Positions 1-8,510 of a stretch of 48,766 nt of DNA are shown here, in pieces. The position numbers and the translations under genes were made by a program. The stretch is from an uncultured archaeon (GTDB lineage Archaea; Altiarchaeota; Altiarchaeia; IMC4; SCGC-AAA252-I15). The number at the start of each line of letters is the position of its first letter. Position 1 is the first letter of the stretch. The notes beneath the pieces were generated by a model. The model was not told the DNA's origin. It searched no databases and saw nothing but the letters and a program-made list of their open reading frames with translations. The stretch is from contig CABMCB010000039.1 of NCBI GenBank assembly GCA_902384455.1, positions 1 to 48,766 on the forward strand. Direction: 5' to 3'.

Positions 1-1182
1 ATTTATTGGGTCATCCGGAGAAGTCATTTCCTTATGCCGCACATAGCCCCTCCCCGAAAAAATGTAGACGTCGATGCCTTCAGTCTTAGCAAGAATCCCA
101 TCCACCGACTTGAAACTCCCGCTGGAATAAGGCCTCCCGACGACTATCCGAGTGATGCTGTTTTGGTAGGCGAAGCTTGCTAGTTTAGTCGAGACGTCGT
201 TGCTTTTCATTGAGATGGTCTTTACTCCCAATCTTGCGGCCACGTCGAAAGCGTTAACCAGCCATTTCTTCTCGTCGTCTTTGAAGTATTCGTCCTCATC
301 GGTTTCGATGTGAAGCGCGATAAGCTCGGCGTCAAGCTCAACAGAAAGCCGGTAAGCCGCCCTCACAAGCTGCCCTGCATAAGGGCTCGCGTTTATCCCC
401 ACAAGCACCTTTTCTGCGGAATGCCATTCCCCCTCCATATCCTGCGCCTTCATGTACCTAATCATCTGGGTATCTATGCGCAAAGCCACCTCCTTAAGCG
501 CAATCTGACGCAAAGCCAGTAAGTTGCCTGACCTGAAGAACCGTTGGACGGCGGTGGAGGCCATGTCTTTCACGTAAATCTTTCCGTCCTTAAGCCTCTT
601 CAACAGGTCCTCAATCGGGAGGTCTATGAGTTTTACTTCGTCTGCGGTGAGGAACAACGGGTCAGGTATGTTTTCTGAGACCGTTATCCCAGTTATCTGC
701 TGGACAATATCCTTAAGGCTCTCAAGGTGCTGGACGTTCAACGTCGTATAGACGTCTATGCCTGCGTTAAGCAACTCCTCTATGTCCTTGTACCTCTTGT
801 CGTATTTCATCCCCTGGACGTTCGTGTGCGCTAGCTCGTCAATCAAAACTATGTTCGGCTTTCTCTTGATGATGGCTTCAACATCCGGCTCCCTAAGCTC
901 CAGCTCATTGTACTTAATAGTCTTGGGCGGCAAGGACTCAAAGTTCTTGGCCATATCCAAAGTCTCAGGCCTCTTATGATACTCCACATACCCTATTACT
1001 ACGTCGAGTTTTTCGTCTTTCTTCCTCATTACCGCGTCGTAAAGCATGGCGTACGTTTTTCCGACGCCCGGAGCGTAACCGAAGAAAATCGTCAGCCTAC
1101 CCTTGCTCTCATCCCTCTCCTGAGCGGTTATCTTCTTCAAAAGCTCCTCAGGGTCCGGCCGAATGTACTCGTCCTCTATCAT
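1..1182 (-). CDS. kdpD: KdpD K+ sensor, N-terminal KdpD domain plus Usp domain (partial, runs off the window)
   Basis: Absent from the ORF track because it has no stop in the window. Hand translation from ATG 1182 (ATGA overlap with the kdpC stop): MIEDEYIRPDPEELLKK...KGRLTIFFGYAPGVGKTYAML, later FFRSGNLLALRQIAL and the Usp start EKVLVGINASPYAGQLVRAAYRL; open at base 1. Confidence 0.93.
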   Translation of the reverse strand, partial: MIEDEYIRPDPEELLKKITAQERDESKGRLTIFFGYAPGVGKTYAMLYDAVMRKKDEKLDVVIGYVEYHKRPETLDMAKNFESLPPKTIKYNELELREPDVEAIIKRKPNIVLIDELAHTNVQGMKYDKRYKDIEELLNAGIDVYTTLNVQHLESLKDIVQQITGITVSENIPDPLFLTADEVKLIDLPIEDLLKRLKDGKIYVKDMASTAVQRFFRSGNLLALRQIALKEVALRIDTQMIRYMKAQDMEGEWHSAEKVLVGINASPYAGQLVRAAYRLSVELDAELIALHIETDEDEYFKDDEKKWLVNAFDVAARLGVKTISMKSNDVSTKLASFAYQNSITRIVVGRPYSSGSFKSVDGILAKTEGIDVYIFSGRGYVRHKEMTSPDDPIN

Positions 1183-1775
1183 GTGTGCTCACTGTCGTCC
1201 AGCGCCTGGTTCAACAATAGAACATTAACTCGTTCTTCGCCTAAAACACCAAACAAAGGATACTCAGTATGCTTCTGGACGATTCTATTGACTGTGTCGA
1301 TTTCCATACCGCGCGCTTTAGCCACCCTCTGCGCCTGCATCTGCGCTGACATGAGGCTTATGTGCGGGTCCAGTCCGCTTGCGCTAGACATCACAGCATC
1401 AGACGGAACGTAAGAAACGCCGTTCGCCAGCATAAAGAGCCGCGTCCTATTATAGACGCCCTCAACCAAAATCCTGCTTGTAGGGCCCAAATTGCTGCCA
1501 GAAGAAGAAAGAGAATTATAAGGAAAACCCGACGTAGCAGACGGCCTAGACCAAAAATACTTTTCGCCCGTGAAGGATTGGCCTATAAGAGTCGAACCTA
1601 TTACGTCCCCGTTTTTGTCGTAGATTAAGCTTCCCTGAGACTGCGCCGGAAAGAGTATTCGGCCTACAGCGAATACTGTGAGGGGGTATATTATGGCTGT
1701 GATGACCCACAGTAGGGCAAAGAGCGCAACCGCCGGTTTCAGGGTTTTAATCGCCCCGTTTTTTCTGTCTTTCAT
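1179..1775 (-). CDS. kdpC: K+-transporting ATPase subunit C
   Basis: N-terminal TM, SxLIGQxF, YFWSRPS, SGSNLGPTS, SASGLDPHIS, VNVLLLN; directly downstream of kdpB. Confidence 0.96.
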   Translation of the reverse strand: MKDRKNGAIKTLKPAVALFALLWVITAIIYPLTVFAVGRILFPAQSQGSLIYDKNGDVIGSTLIGQSFTGEKYFWSRPSATSGFPYNSLSSSGSNLGPTSRILVEGVYNRTRLFMLANGVSYVPSDAVMSSASGLDPHISLMSAQMQAQRVAKARGMEIDTVNRIVQKHTEYPLFGVLGEERVNVLLLNQALDDSEHT

Positions 1776-3811
1776 ATCAGCTGGCTTATGACGATGTCTA
1801 TGAGCTTTATCCCTATGAAAGGAGCTATCACTCCGCCTACTCCGTAGATGAGCACGTTCTTCCTGAATATCCCCTCAACTGACATGGGCTCGTATCTGAC
1901 GCCTTTGAGCGCCAAAGGAACCATCAAGAGGATTATTATTGCGTTGAATATCACAGCGGAAAGAATGGCGCTGTGGGGATTGGCAAGATGCAGTATGTTG
2001 AAGACCCCCAATTCAGGGTATATCGTGTACAATGCGGCGGGTACTATGGCGAAATATTTGGCGACGTCGTTTGCGATGCTGAAAGTCGTCAAAGCCCCCC
2101 GTGTCATTAGAATCTCCCGTCCCACAGTCACAATGTCAATAAGCTTGGAAGGATGGTTGTCCAAGTCAATCATATTCGCCGCCTCCTTAGCCACCTGCGT
2201 TCCTTCGCTCATCGCCACGGCAACGTCCGCCTGAGCGAGCGCCGGAGCGTCGTTTGTTCCGTCCCCTGTCATAGCCACCATAAAACCCTGATTCTGCTCC
2301 TCCCTAATAATCCTAAGCTTGTCCTCGGGTTTCGCCTGCGCCAGATAATGCTCCACACCCGCCTCATGCGCAATATGGGCTGCAGTCAAAGGGTTATCGC
2401 CGGTAATGATAATAGTCTTAATCCCCATACGCCTAACTTCAGCCAAACGCTCCTTAATGTTCGACTTCAAAACGTCCTTCAGGTGTATCACCCCCACGAT
2501 AGTTTTGTCGACGTACACCACCAAAGGAGTGCCTCCGCGATCGGCTATCTTGCTCACCTCATCGTCTAACCCGATTGGTATTTCCCCGCCAAGCTTGCGC
2601 ACATTCTCAACAACAGAATCAGACGCACCCTTCCTGTATACGCGGCCCATATAATCTGCTCCGCTAAGCCGAGTCTGAGGCGTAAAGGGGATAGTGGACA
2701 CCTGACCCGTAGGACAGCTGAAGTCGACGTTATACTTAACCCTCGCAAGAGCAGAGACGCTCTTCCCCTCAGGCGTCTCGTCGCCTATGGACGCGATAAA
2801 AGCCGCCTCAGCCAACTGCTCCTTACTAAACCCGTTTAAAGCGATAAAGTCGACGGCCTGCCTATTGCCGTAAGTTATGGTGCCAGTCTTATCCAAAAGA
2901 ATGGTGCTTATGTCGCCCGCCGCCTCAACCGCCTTACCGGACAACACAATGACGTTCTTCTTGAACAGCCTATCCATGCCCGCAATTCCTATAGCCGGCA
3001 GCAAAGCCGCGATGGTAGTAGGCGCCAAACAAACGAACAAAGAAACAAGAACCACCACCTCAACCGGCGAACCCCTGCCAACTGCGCTAACGCTGTACGC
3101 AGACAACGCCCAAAGATTGACGACCACAAAAAGGAATATCAAAGTCAAAGAAATCAAGAGCGTATCCAAAGCTATCTCATTGGGCGTCTTAGGCCTCTTG
3201 GCGGCATCAATCATGTTAATCATCCGGTCTATAAACGTCTCCCCCTGATTGACGGTAATCCTCACAATACACTTGTTTGCTATCACCTTAGTGCCCGCTA
3301 TGACCCCGCACTTGTCTCCCCCAGACTCCCTAAGAACAGGAGCAGATTCCCCCGTTATCGCCGACTCATCCACCAGCACGGAACCTGAAATAATCTCGCC
3401 GTCAGAAGGAATCACATCCCCAATCTCCACGAGAATATTATCCCCCCTCCTCAATTCGGCCGCATGAACCTGATGTGCGGCGGCGCCGAAGTCCGGCTTA
3501 TCAAGCATTTTAGCCATGACTGTCGTCCTTGTCCTCTTAAGTTCGTCAGTCCTCGCTTTACCGCGAATTTCCGCAAAAGACTCCGCGAAAGTGCTGAAAA
3601 GCACAGTAAGCCACAGCCAGACCGTCACGCCCAAGTGGAATCCAATAGACTTCCCCGACAGATACGCGTCAATGAGGCCCCATGTGGTTATGGCGCTGCC
3701 TACTTCCACCGAAAACATGACGGGATTCCTCCAAAGTGACCAAGGACTAAGCCTCTTGAATGCGTCAAAGGCGGCGGCAGTCATCATCCCAGACTTGAAG
3801 GAAGAAGCCAT
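1772..3811 (-). CDS. kdpB: K+-transporting P-type ATPase subunit B
   Basis: NPVMF, TGES, DKTGT phosphorylation site, RKGAS, TGDN, GDGTND, FSIANDVAKYFAI. Confidence 0.98.
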   Translation of the reverse strand: MASSFKSGMMTAAAFDAFKRLSPWSLWRNPVMFSVEVGSAITTWGLIDAYLSGKSIGFHLGVTVWLWLTVLFSTFAESFAEIRGKARTDELKRTRTTVMAKMLDKPDFGAAAHQVHAAELRRGDNILVEIGDVIPSDGEIISGSVLVDESAITGESAPVLRESGGDKCGVIAGTKVIANKCIVRITVNQGETFIDRMINMIDAAKRPKTPNEIALDTLLISLTLIFLFVVVNLWALSAYSVSAVGRGSPVEVVVLVSLFVCLAPTTIAALLPAIGIAGMDRLFKKNVIVLSGKAVEAAGDISTILLDKTGTITYGNRQAVDFIALNGFSKEQLAEAAFIASIGDETPEGKSVSALARVKYNVDFSCPTGQVSTIPFTPQTRLSGADYMGRVYRKGASDSVVENVRKLGGEIPIGLDDEVSKIADRGGTPLVVYVDKTIVGVIHLKDVLKSNIKERLAEVRRMGIKTIIITGDNPLTAAHIAHEAGVEHYLAQAKPEDKLRIIREEQNQGFMVAMTGDGTNDAPALAQADVAVAMSEGTQVAKEAANMIDLDNHPSKLIDIVTVGREILMTRGALTTFSIANDVAKYFAIVPAALYTIYPELGVFNILHLANPHSAILSAVIFNAIIILLMVPLALKGVRYEPMSVEGIFRKNVLIYGVGGVIAPFIGIKLIDIVISQLI

Positions 3812-5532
3812 CAGAATACGCCTCCACTAAGCATAATCAGGTGCTCTATGACCGGGCCCAAACCAAGAGCAGGAAGGAATGATATGGTGTCTAACAGAAG
3901 AATGACTATGACAAGCCACACGATGAAAGTCAAAGTGTTCGTCTTAAGCACGTCAGTAGACGCATAATGCTTCTTTTTGACCATGGAACCGGCCAAAGCC
4001 AACGCAGCCACCGCCGGAACGAACCTGCCCAAAAGCATCGCAACAGCCCCAAAAATATTGTAAAAAAGGGTGTTGGCGTTAATGCCGCCAAATGCGCTTC
4101 CGTTGTTGTTTGACATTGAAGCCCACGCGTACAGTACTTCGCTTACTGCGTGCGGGCCGCCGTTGTAGATTGATGCGGTGGCTTCTGGAACCAGAAGTGC
4201 TGCTGCGGAGAGCAATAGCACGAGTATGGGCGGCACCAGCACGATGACGACGGAGTATTTCATGTCGAAGGCGTCTATCTTCTTGCCCATATACTCGGGA
4301 GTCCTGCCTACCATGAGGCCGGCGACGAACACGGCTATGATTACGTAAGGCAGAATTGTGTAGATTCCTGAGCCGACTCCCCCCGGGCATATCTCCCCCA
4401 AAAGGATTAAGACCATCGGCACCATGCCGCCAAGAGGAGTCAGCGAATCATGCATTGTGTTGACTGCCCCAGTTGACGTGGCGGTTGTTGCTGTGGCATA
4501 AAGAATGCTTTCGCCCACCCCAAAACGCACTTCCTTCCCCTCCAAGTATTCGCCGCTCACATTCGCACCTCCGATAAGAGAGTTGCCTTCCTTCTCAAAG
4601 AAGTAGCCGAAAGAAAAAGCCGCCACAAAAAAAAGCATCATCGCGGCGAAAATCACCCAACCCTGCTTCGTATCACCTACCATATACCCGAAAGTGTACG
4701 CCAAAGAAAAAGGGATCAAAAGAATCAAAAGAACCTCAAATAAACTCGACAAAGGAGTCGGATTCTCAAAAGGATGCGCTGCGTTCGCGTTAAAGAAGCC
4801 GCCTCCATTAGTCCCAAACTCCTTAATAGCCTCCTGCGACGCCACAGGCCCCATAGGCAAAACCTGCCCAGCTATCACAGAGCCGTCGGCCGAAACATAC
4901 GGCTCGACAAGCGACGAATCAACGTAAGCGCCGAAGTTCTGAATAACACCCTGCGACAAAAGAAAAACAGCGCCCAAAAAAGCGCCAGGCAGCAGAATAT
5001 ACAGAACGCACCTTGTCACGTCCACCCAGAAGTTGCCTATAGTCCCCTCTGAATGGCGGCTTATGCCGCGAATCAAAGCTATCGCCACGCATATGCCGGT
5101 GGCTGCGGAAAGGAAATTCTGCACTGCAAGACCTGCCATCTGAGTGAAATAACTCGCCAAACCTTCGCCGGAATACGCCTGCCAGTTGGTGTTTGTAACA
5201 AAACTAACTGCGGTGTTGACAGCCAAATCCCACGAAAAACCGCCGAAACCCTGCGGGTTCAGAGGAAGATACCGCTGGAAAACAAGGATGATAAAAAGAG
5301 CGATAATCCCCAGGAAATTGAACAACAGCATGGACGCCGCATAAGACCCCCATGTCGTCTCTTCGCCAGACTCAATGCCTGAAAATAGATAAATAGCGTC
5401 TTCAAGCCGCCTAAAGACCTTTATTTTGCCTTCAAATACCCCCGCAATATACAAACCCAACGGCTTAACCAACAGCGTCACGGCCAAAACGCATGCGGCA
5501 AACAAGGCAGTATCAGCAAAAAAGTCGGCCAT
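3811..5532 (-). CDS. kdpA: K+-transporting ATPase subunit A
   Basis: NTAVSFVTNTNWQAYSGE, GTNGGGFF, HPFENPT, SMSNNNGSAFGG, LLGRF. ATG 5532 preferred over GTG 5538 because a GGGTGTGA SD-like sequence lies upstream. Confidence 0.97.
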   Translation of the reverse strand: MADFFADTALFAACVLAVTLLVKPLGLYIAGVFEGKIKVFRRLEDAIYLFSGIESGEETTWGSYAASMLLFNFLGIIALFIILVFQRYLPLNPQGFGGFSWDLAVNTAVSFVTNTNWQAYSGEGLASYFTQMAGLAVQNFLSAATGICVAIALIRGISRHSEGTIGNFWVDVTRCVLYILLPGAFLGAVFLLSQGVIQNFGAYVDSSLVEPYVSADGSVIAGQVLPMGPVASQEAIKEFGTNGGGFFNANAAHPFENPTPLSSLFEVLLILLIPFSLAYTFGYMVGDTKQGWVIFAAMMLFFVAAFSFGYFFEKEGNSLIGGANVSGEYLEGKEVRFGVGESILYATATTATSTGAVNTMHDSLTPLGGMVPMVLILLGEICPGGVGSGIYTILPYVIIAVFVAGLMVGRTPEYMGKKIDAFDMKYSVVIVLVPPILVLLLSAAALLVPEATASIYNGGPHAVSEVLYAWASMSNNNGSAFGGINANTLFYNIFGAVAMLLGRFVPAVAALALAGSMVKKKHYASTDVLKTNTLTFIVWLVIVILLLDTISFLPALGLGPVIEHLIMLSGGVF

Positions 5533-5563
5533 AATCACACCCAGTTAGTTTCTTCTGTCATTG

Positions 5564-5644
5564 GCAGCCTGTTGTAAATCCCCCCTCTCGGGGAGTGTGC
5601 ATATCGGCTGCTTAACTACTCGAATAGGCTCTTGTGTTTAAAAA
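5564..5644 (-). promoter_or_regulatory. kdpA TATA box and structured 5' leader
   Basis: On the minus strand, TTTTTAAA (5644-5637) is followed about 25 nt later by a GCAGCC...GGCTGC stem enclosing a CTCCCC-GAGA-GGGGGG hairpin. Confidence 0.5.
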
Positions 5645-5750
5645 TAACTCTAAAATAGGGCGGTTTATAAGCGGATTTATCAACTAATATACCCTGTTTA
5701 TGTGGATTTCCACAATTTAATCTGACTTACCTCTGTCGGTGAAATCCGTC

Positions 5751-6509
5751 CTACTTACTCCTTTTGAGCGTGGTTAGGCTTTTGTATACGAATTCTGCGT
5801 CAACTGCGGGGTTCATTGCTATGCCGCGTTCTATTATGACTGCGGGCACGCCGCATGCTTTGGCTGTTTCTTCCACAACAAGCTGGTTTACTGTTTGGTG
5901 GCGGACGATGTTTTCTGTTGAGGGGTCGCGTTTTCTAAGTCCTGCTTCGTTGTCTTTGATTCTTTGTTTGCTGACTACTTCCGGGTTGTGGTTGAAAAGG
6001 AATATGGCGTCCGGATTAAGTATGTTGAAGACTGACGGCGGCACTCCGATAAGGTAGCCGTTTGGCGTCTCAACGGTCGCATGCGTGTCCACGCAGTAGA
6101 CCATTTTGTTCGTTCCTAAACGGCTCTTTTCTGCTATGGAGGATGCGGCTTTAAGCTGGATTTCTTTTTGCTGTTCGACTGAGAGTTTGGCTCTCATTTC
6201 GTCGCGGTGTTTTATGCCGTAATTTTTGCTTGCGACCTCGAACATTACGTCGCCGTAGTTGAGTATTTTGACTTCGTAGTCCTTGTGGGCTTCCTGAAAC
6301 ACCTTCATAACGTAGCTTTTGCCAACTCCCGGCACTCCGAATATGAGCAGCACAATGGGCGCTTTAGCCGGTTTAGGATTCCATTTGTAGTCACTAAGGC
6401 TTCCGTTGAATCCTTTGTAGTCTACAAGAGACGACTCAAGAGTAACTGCTTTCTGCGCGGCATTGCCGGCAACGCCCGTTGAATCCGAAACGTCCTTATT
6501 TGAGACCAT
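5751..6509 (-). CDS. adkA: Archaeal-type adenylate kinase (AdkA family) with about 50-aa N-terminal extension
   Basis: GVPGVGKS P-loop, NYGDVM, RDEMR, VDTHATVETPNGYLIGVP, LRKRD lid. Confidence 0.85.
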   Translation of the reverse strand: MVSNKDVSDSTGVAGNAAQKAVTLESSLVDYKGFNGSLSDYKWNPKPAKAPIVLLIFGVPGVGKSYVMKVFQEAHKDYEVKILNYGDVMFEVASKNYGIKHRDEMRAKLSVEQQKEIQLKAASSIAEKSRLGTNKMVYCVDTHATVETPNGYLIGVPPSVFNILNPDAIFLFNHNPEVVSKQRIKDNEAGLRKRDPSTENIVRHQTVNQLVVEETAKACGVPAVIIERGIAMNPAVDAEFVYKSLTTLKRSK

Positions 6510-6588
6510 TGTTCATCAGCCGATTATTTTAGGAAAATAAGGTGGTAAGGCAGGTTTATTAATCGCCCGAATTTAATGAATAACGTTT

Positions 6589-7491
6589 ATGGTAACTGCT
6601 TCTGCGCCCGAGGGAATAATACTAGCCGGCGAGCACGTTTACGGAAAAACAACACATTTAATCGCAGCAGCAATACAACACAGAACCCAGGCGACCGCCG
6701 AACCATTAGGCGGAGACATCATCCGTTTAATATGGCCTCCAAACGCTGAAGCGAGCGCCCGCATATTAAGCACGGTGCTTGTTGAGAAGAAGGGTCCGCC
6801 TGAGCTGACTAGCGTTCTTGACGTCGGCGGGCTTGCGGTGGGCGTATACGGGATACGGAAGGGATTCAGCGTGCGTTTGAAAGGCGAAAGCACTTTGAAC
6901 CAGCCCGGCAGGATTATTGCGTCTCAAGTCGCAGTTTTTTCAGCTGTCGCCAAACTAAACAACATAGACGCAAAGCCAGTTGACATGCCCCGCCTGATAT
7001 ACCCTATCGCCAGAAAGCAAGGCCCAATGTCAGACGCTTACATAGTCGCATCATCCCTAGGCGGCGTCCACCTGATAAACACGGAGTCTGCGGAATCCGT
7101 CACCACCCCTCAAACGCTGCTTGTTTACGCTGAGACGCCCTCGGATTCCACACCAAAAAAAGCACCCCCCGAATTAGAAGCACAGTTTAATTCAATCGTA
7201 GAAGAAACGGCGGAACCACTAAAGGCAGGAGACCAAAAACGACTAGGGAACGCATTAAGCGCCCACCAAAAACTCGCTGTAGAAAACGAGCTTATCCCCG
7301 CCTCATCAAGCGAACCCTGCCTAATCGCAGAACAAGCAGGAGCCTTTGGCGCAAAAGGAGGCGAAGGATACGTAATCGCAGCAGCCGGCCCAATGAAGGC
7401 GGAAGAGGTTGTTAAGGCGCTTTCTGAAAAAGGGTTTCCAGCGCACCTGGTTGAATTGGGCGCAATCGGAGTAACATTGAACGGGCCGTAA
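6589..7491 (+). CDS. Mevalonate kinase-like GHMP protein with degenerate catalytic motifs (probable pseudokinase)
   Basis: MVK-like termini (ASAPEGIILAGEH, AAAI, GAFGAKG), but the PGK lysine, the GxGLGSSAA loop and the SGxD aspartate are missing. Confidence 0.7.
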   Translation: MVTASAPEGIILAGEHVYGKTTHLIAAAIQHRTQATAEPLGGDIIRLIWPPNAEASARILSTVLVEKKGPPELTSVLDVGGLAVGVYGIRKGFSVRLKGESTLNQPGRIIASQVAVFSAVAKLNNIDAKPVDMPRLIYPIARKQGPMSDAYIVASSLGGVHLINTESAESVTTPQTLLVYAETPSDSTPKKAPPELEAQFNSIVEETAEPLKAGDQKRLGNALSAHQKLAVENELIPASSSEPCLIAEQAGAFGAKGGEGYVIAAAGPMKAEEVVKALSEKGFPAHLVELGAIGVTLNGP

Positions 7492-7493
7492 AA

Positions 7494-8432
7494 TCAGATT
7501 AGTTTGGCTGCTCCGCCTACGACGAAAATCCTGGACTTAAATCCTTCTTCATCAATTTTGCGCGAAACCGACTCTGCGTCGTCCTTCAGGCAGAAAACGT
7601 ACACTGCGCTGCCTCCTGCGACGTTCCAAAAGCAGTTCAACCCTTTTTTACGCCAGCTTTCGACAAGAGACGTCAAACCCTTCATCTGAGCAGTCCTCAC
7701 GGGAAAACCCAAGTCCTCCACTAAACCGTGGAAAGTGCGCGCCTCATCCTCCATCAAAGAAAACAAAGAAACTAAGTCACCGTCGGCTGCAGCCTCCTTA
7801 GCCCCTCTAACCTTCTCAGGAATTCTCTTAAGACGAAGCGGATACTTAGGGTGCTCCACGATGCGCTTATGCAAATCGTCAGCCGCCCTCCTCTCAGAAG
7901 GAAACTCCACAACAAAAGCCCTAACGTCCCTAAGCTCGCGCCTGTCCGCCAACAACTCCGCCTCCAAAGAGGCAGGGTCATAAGCCGAAAGACCTCCGTA
8001 CAAGCTGCGGTAAGCAGTCTCAGACCCACATGTGGCATAAGGAAGAAGCTCGTCCACACTCAACCCCAACGAGAGGAATCCGTTTAATGCCGTCGCAAGA
8101 GCAGCTGCCCCCGAGTCGGAACTACCCGTAGCAATCCCCTCGTTATGGGACTCAATACGTAATTCTCCCGTGAATTTCGCCTTCTTCTTCAGAAGCTCAA
8201 CGACAACTCCCATGTCCTCCCCCCGCCTACCCTCCGGCGGCTTGCCGTTAACCAAAAAACCCCCTTTCCCGCCTTCCAAAGGGGAAACCTCAGTCAAAGT
8301 CCTCACCTTCCCCGCCGCATCAGTCAAAGCCAAGCTGACGCTTGCGTGAAGCCCGATTCTCCTCTCGTAATCCCTGAATCCTTCAGCGAAAACGACCGGC
8401 AGCCCCGGGTAAGCGCAAGCTTTCAAAACCAC
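7494..8432 (-). CDS. Mevalonate 3-kinase homolog (diphosphomevalonate decarboxylase superfamily, Thermoplasma Ta1305-like)
   Basis: AYPxxxVV, LHxS, NEGIATGSSDSGAA, SETAYRSLYGGL, HxxIVxxxxYPxR, VAGGSAVYV and VGGA match Ta1305 as I recall it. The decarboxylase motifs NIALIKYWGK and DAGPN are absent. Confidence 0.78.
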   Translation of the reverse strand: MVLKACAYPGLPVVFAEGFRDYERRIGLHASVSLALTDAAGKVRTLTEVSPLEGGKGGFLVNGKPPEGRRGEDMGVVVELLKKKAKFTGELRIESHNEGIATGSSDSGAAALATALNGFLSLGLSVDELLPYATCGSETAYRSLYGGLSAYDPASLEAELLADRRELRDVRAFVVEFPSERRAADDLHKRIVEHPKYPLRLKRIPEKVRGAKEAAADGDLVSLFSLMEDEARTFHGLVEDLGFPVRTAQMKGLTSLVESWRKKGLNCFWNVAGGSAVYVFCLKDDAESVSRKIDEEGFKSRIFVVGGAAKLI

Positions 8433-8510
8433 AAGAAAACATTAATGCCTAACCAAAAAAACCCTCTAAATAGGGCATATAAACGCTGCCGTCAAAAATC
8501 TTACGCCCAA

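Noticed and set aside
5533-5750. Possible kdpF or c-di-AMP (ydaO) riboswitch upstream of kdpA
   Set aside because: No hydrophobic ORF of about 30 aa ending in a PExF-like motif, and no match to the ydaO core as I recall it.
7494-8432. Annotation as classical diphosphomevalonate decarboxylase
   Set aside because: The catalytic Asp (DAGPN) and Lys (IKYWGK) motifs are absent.
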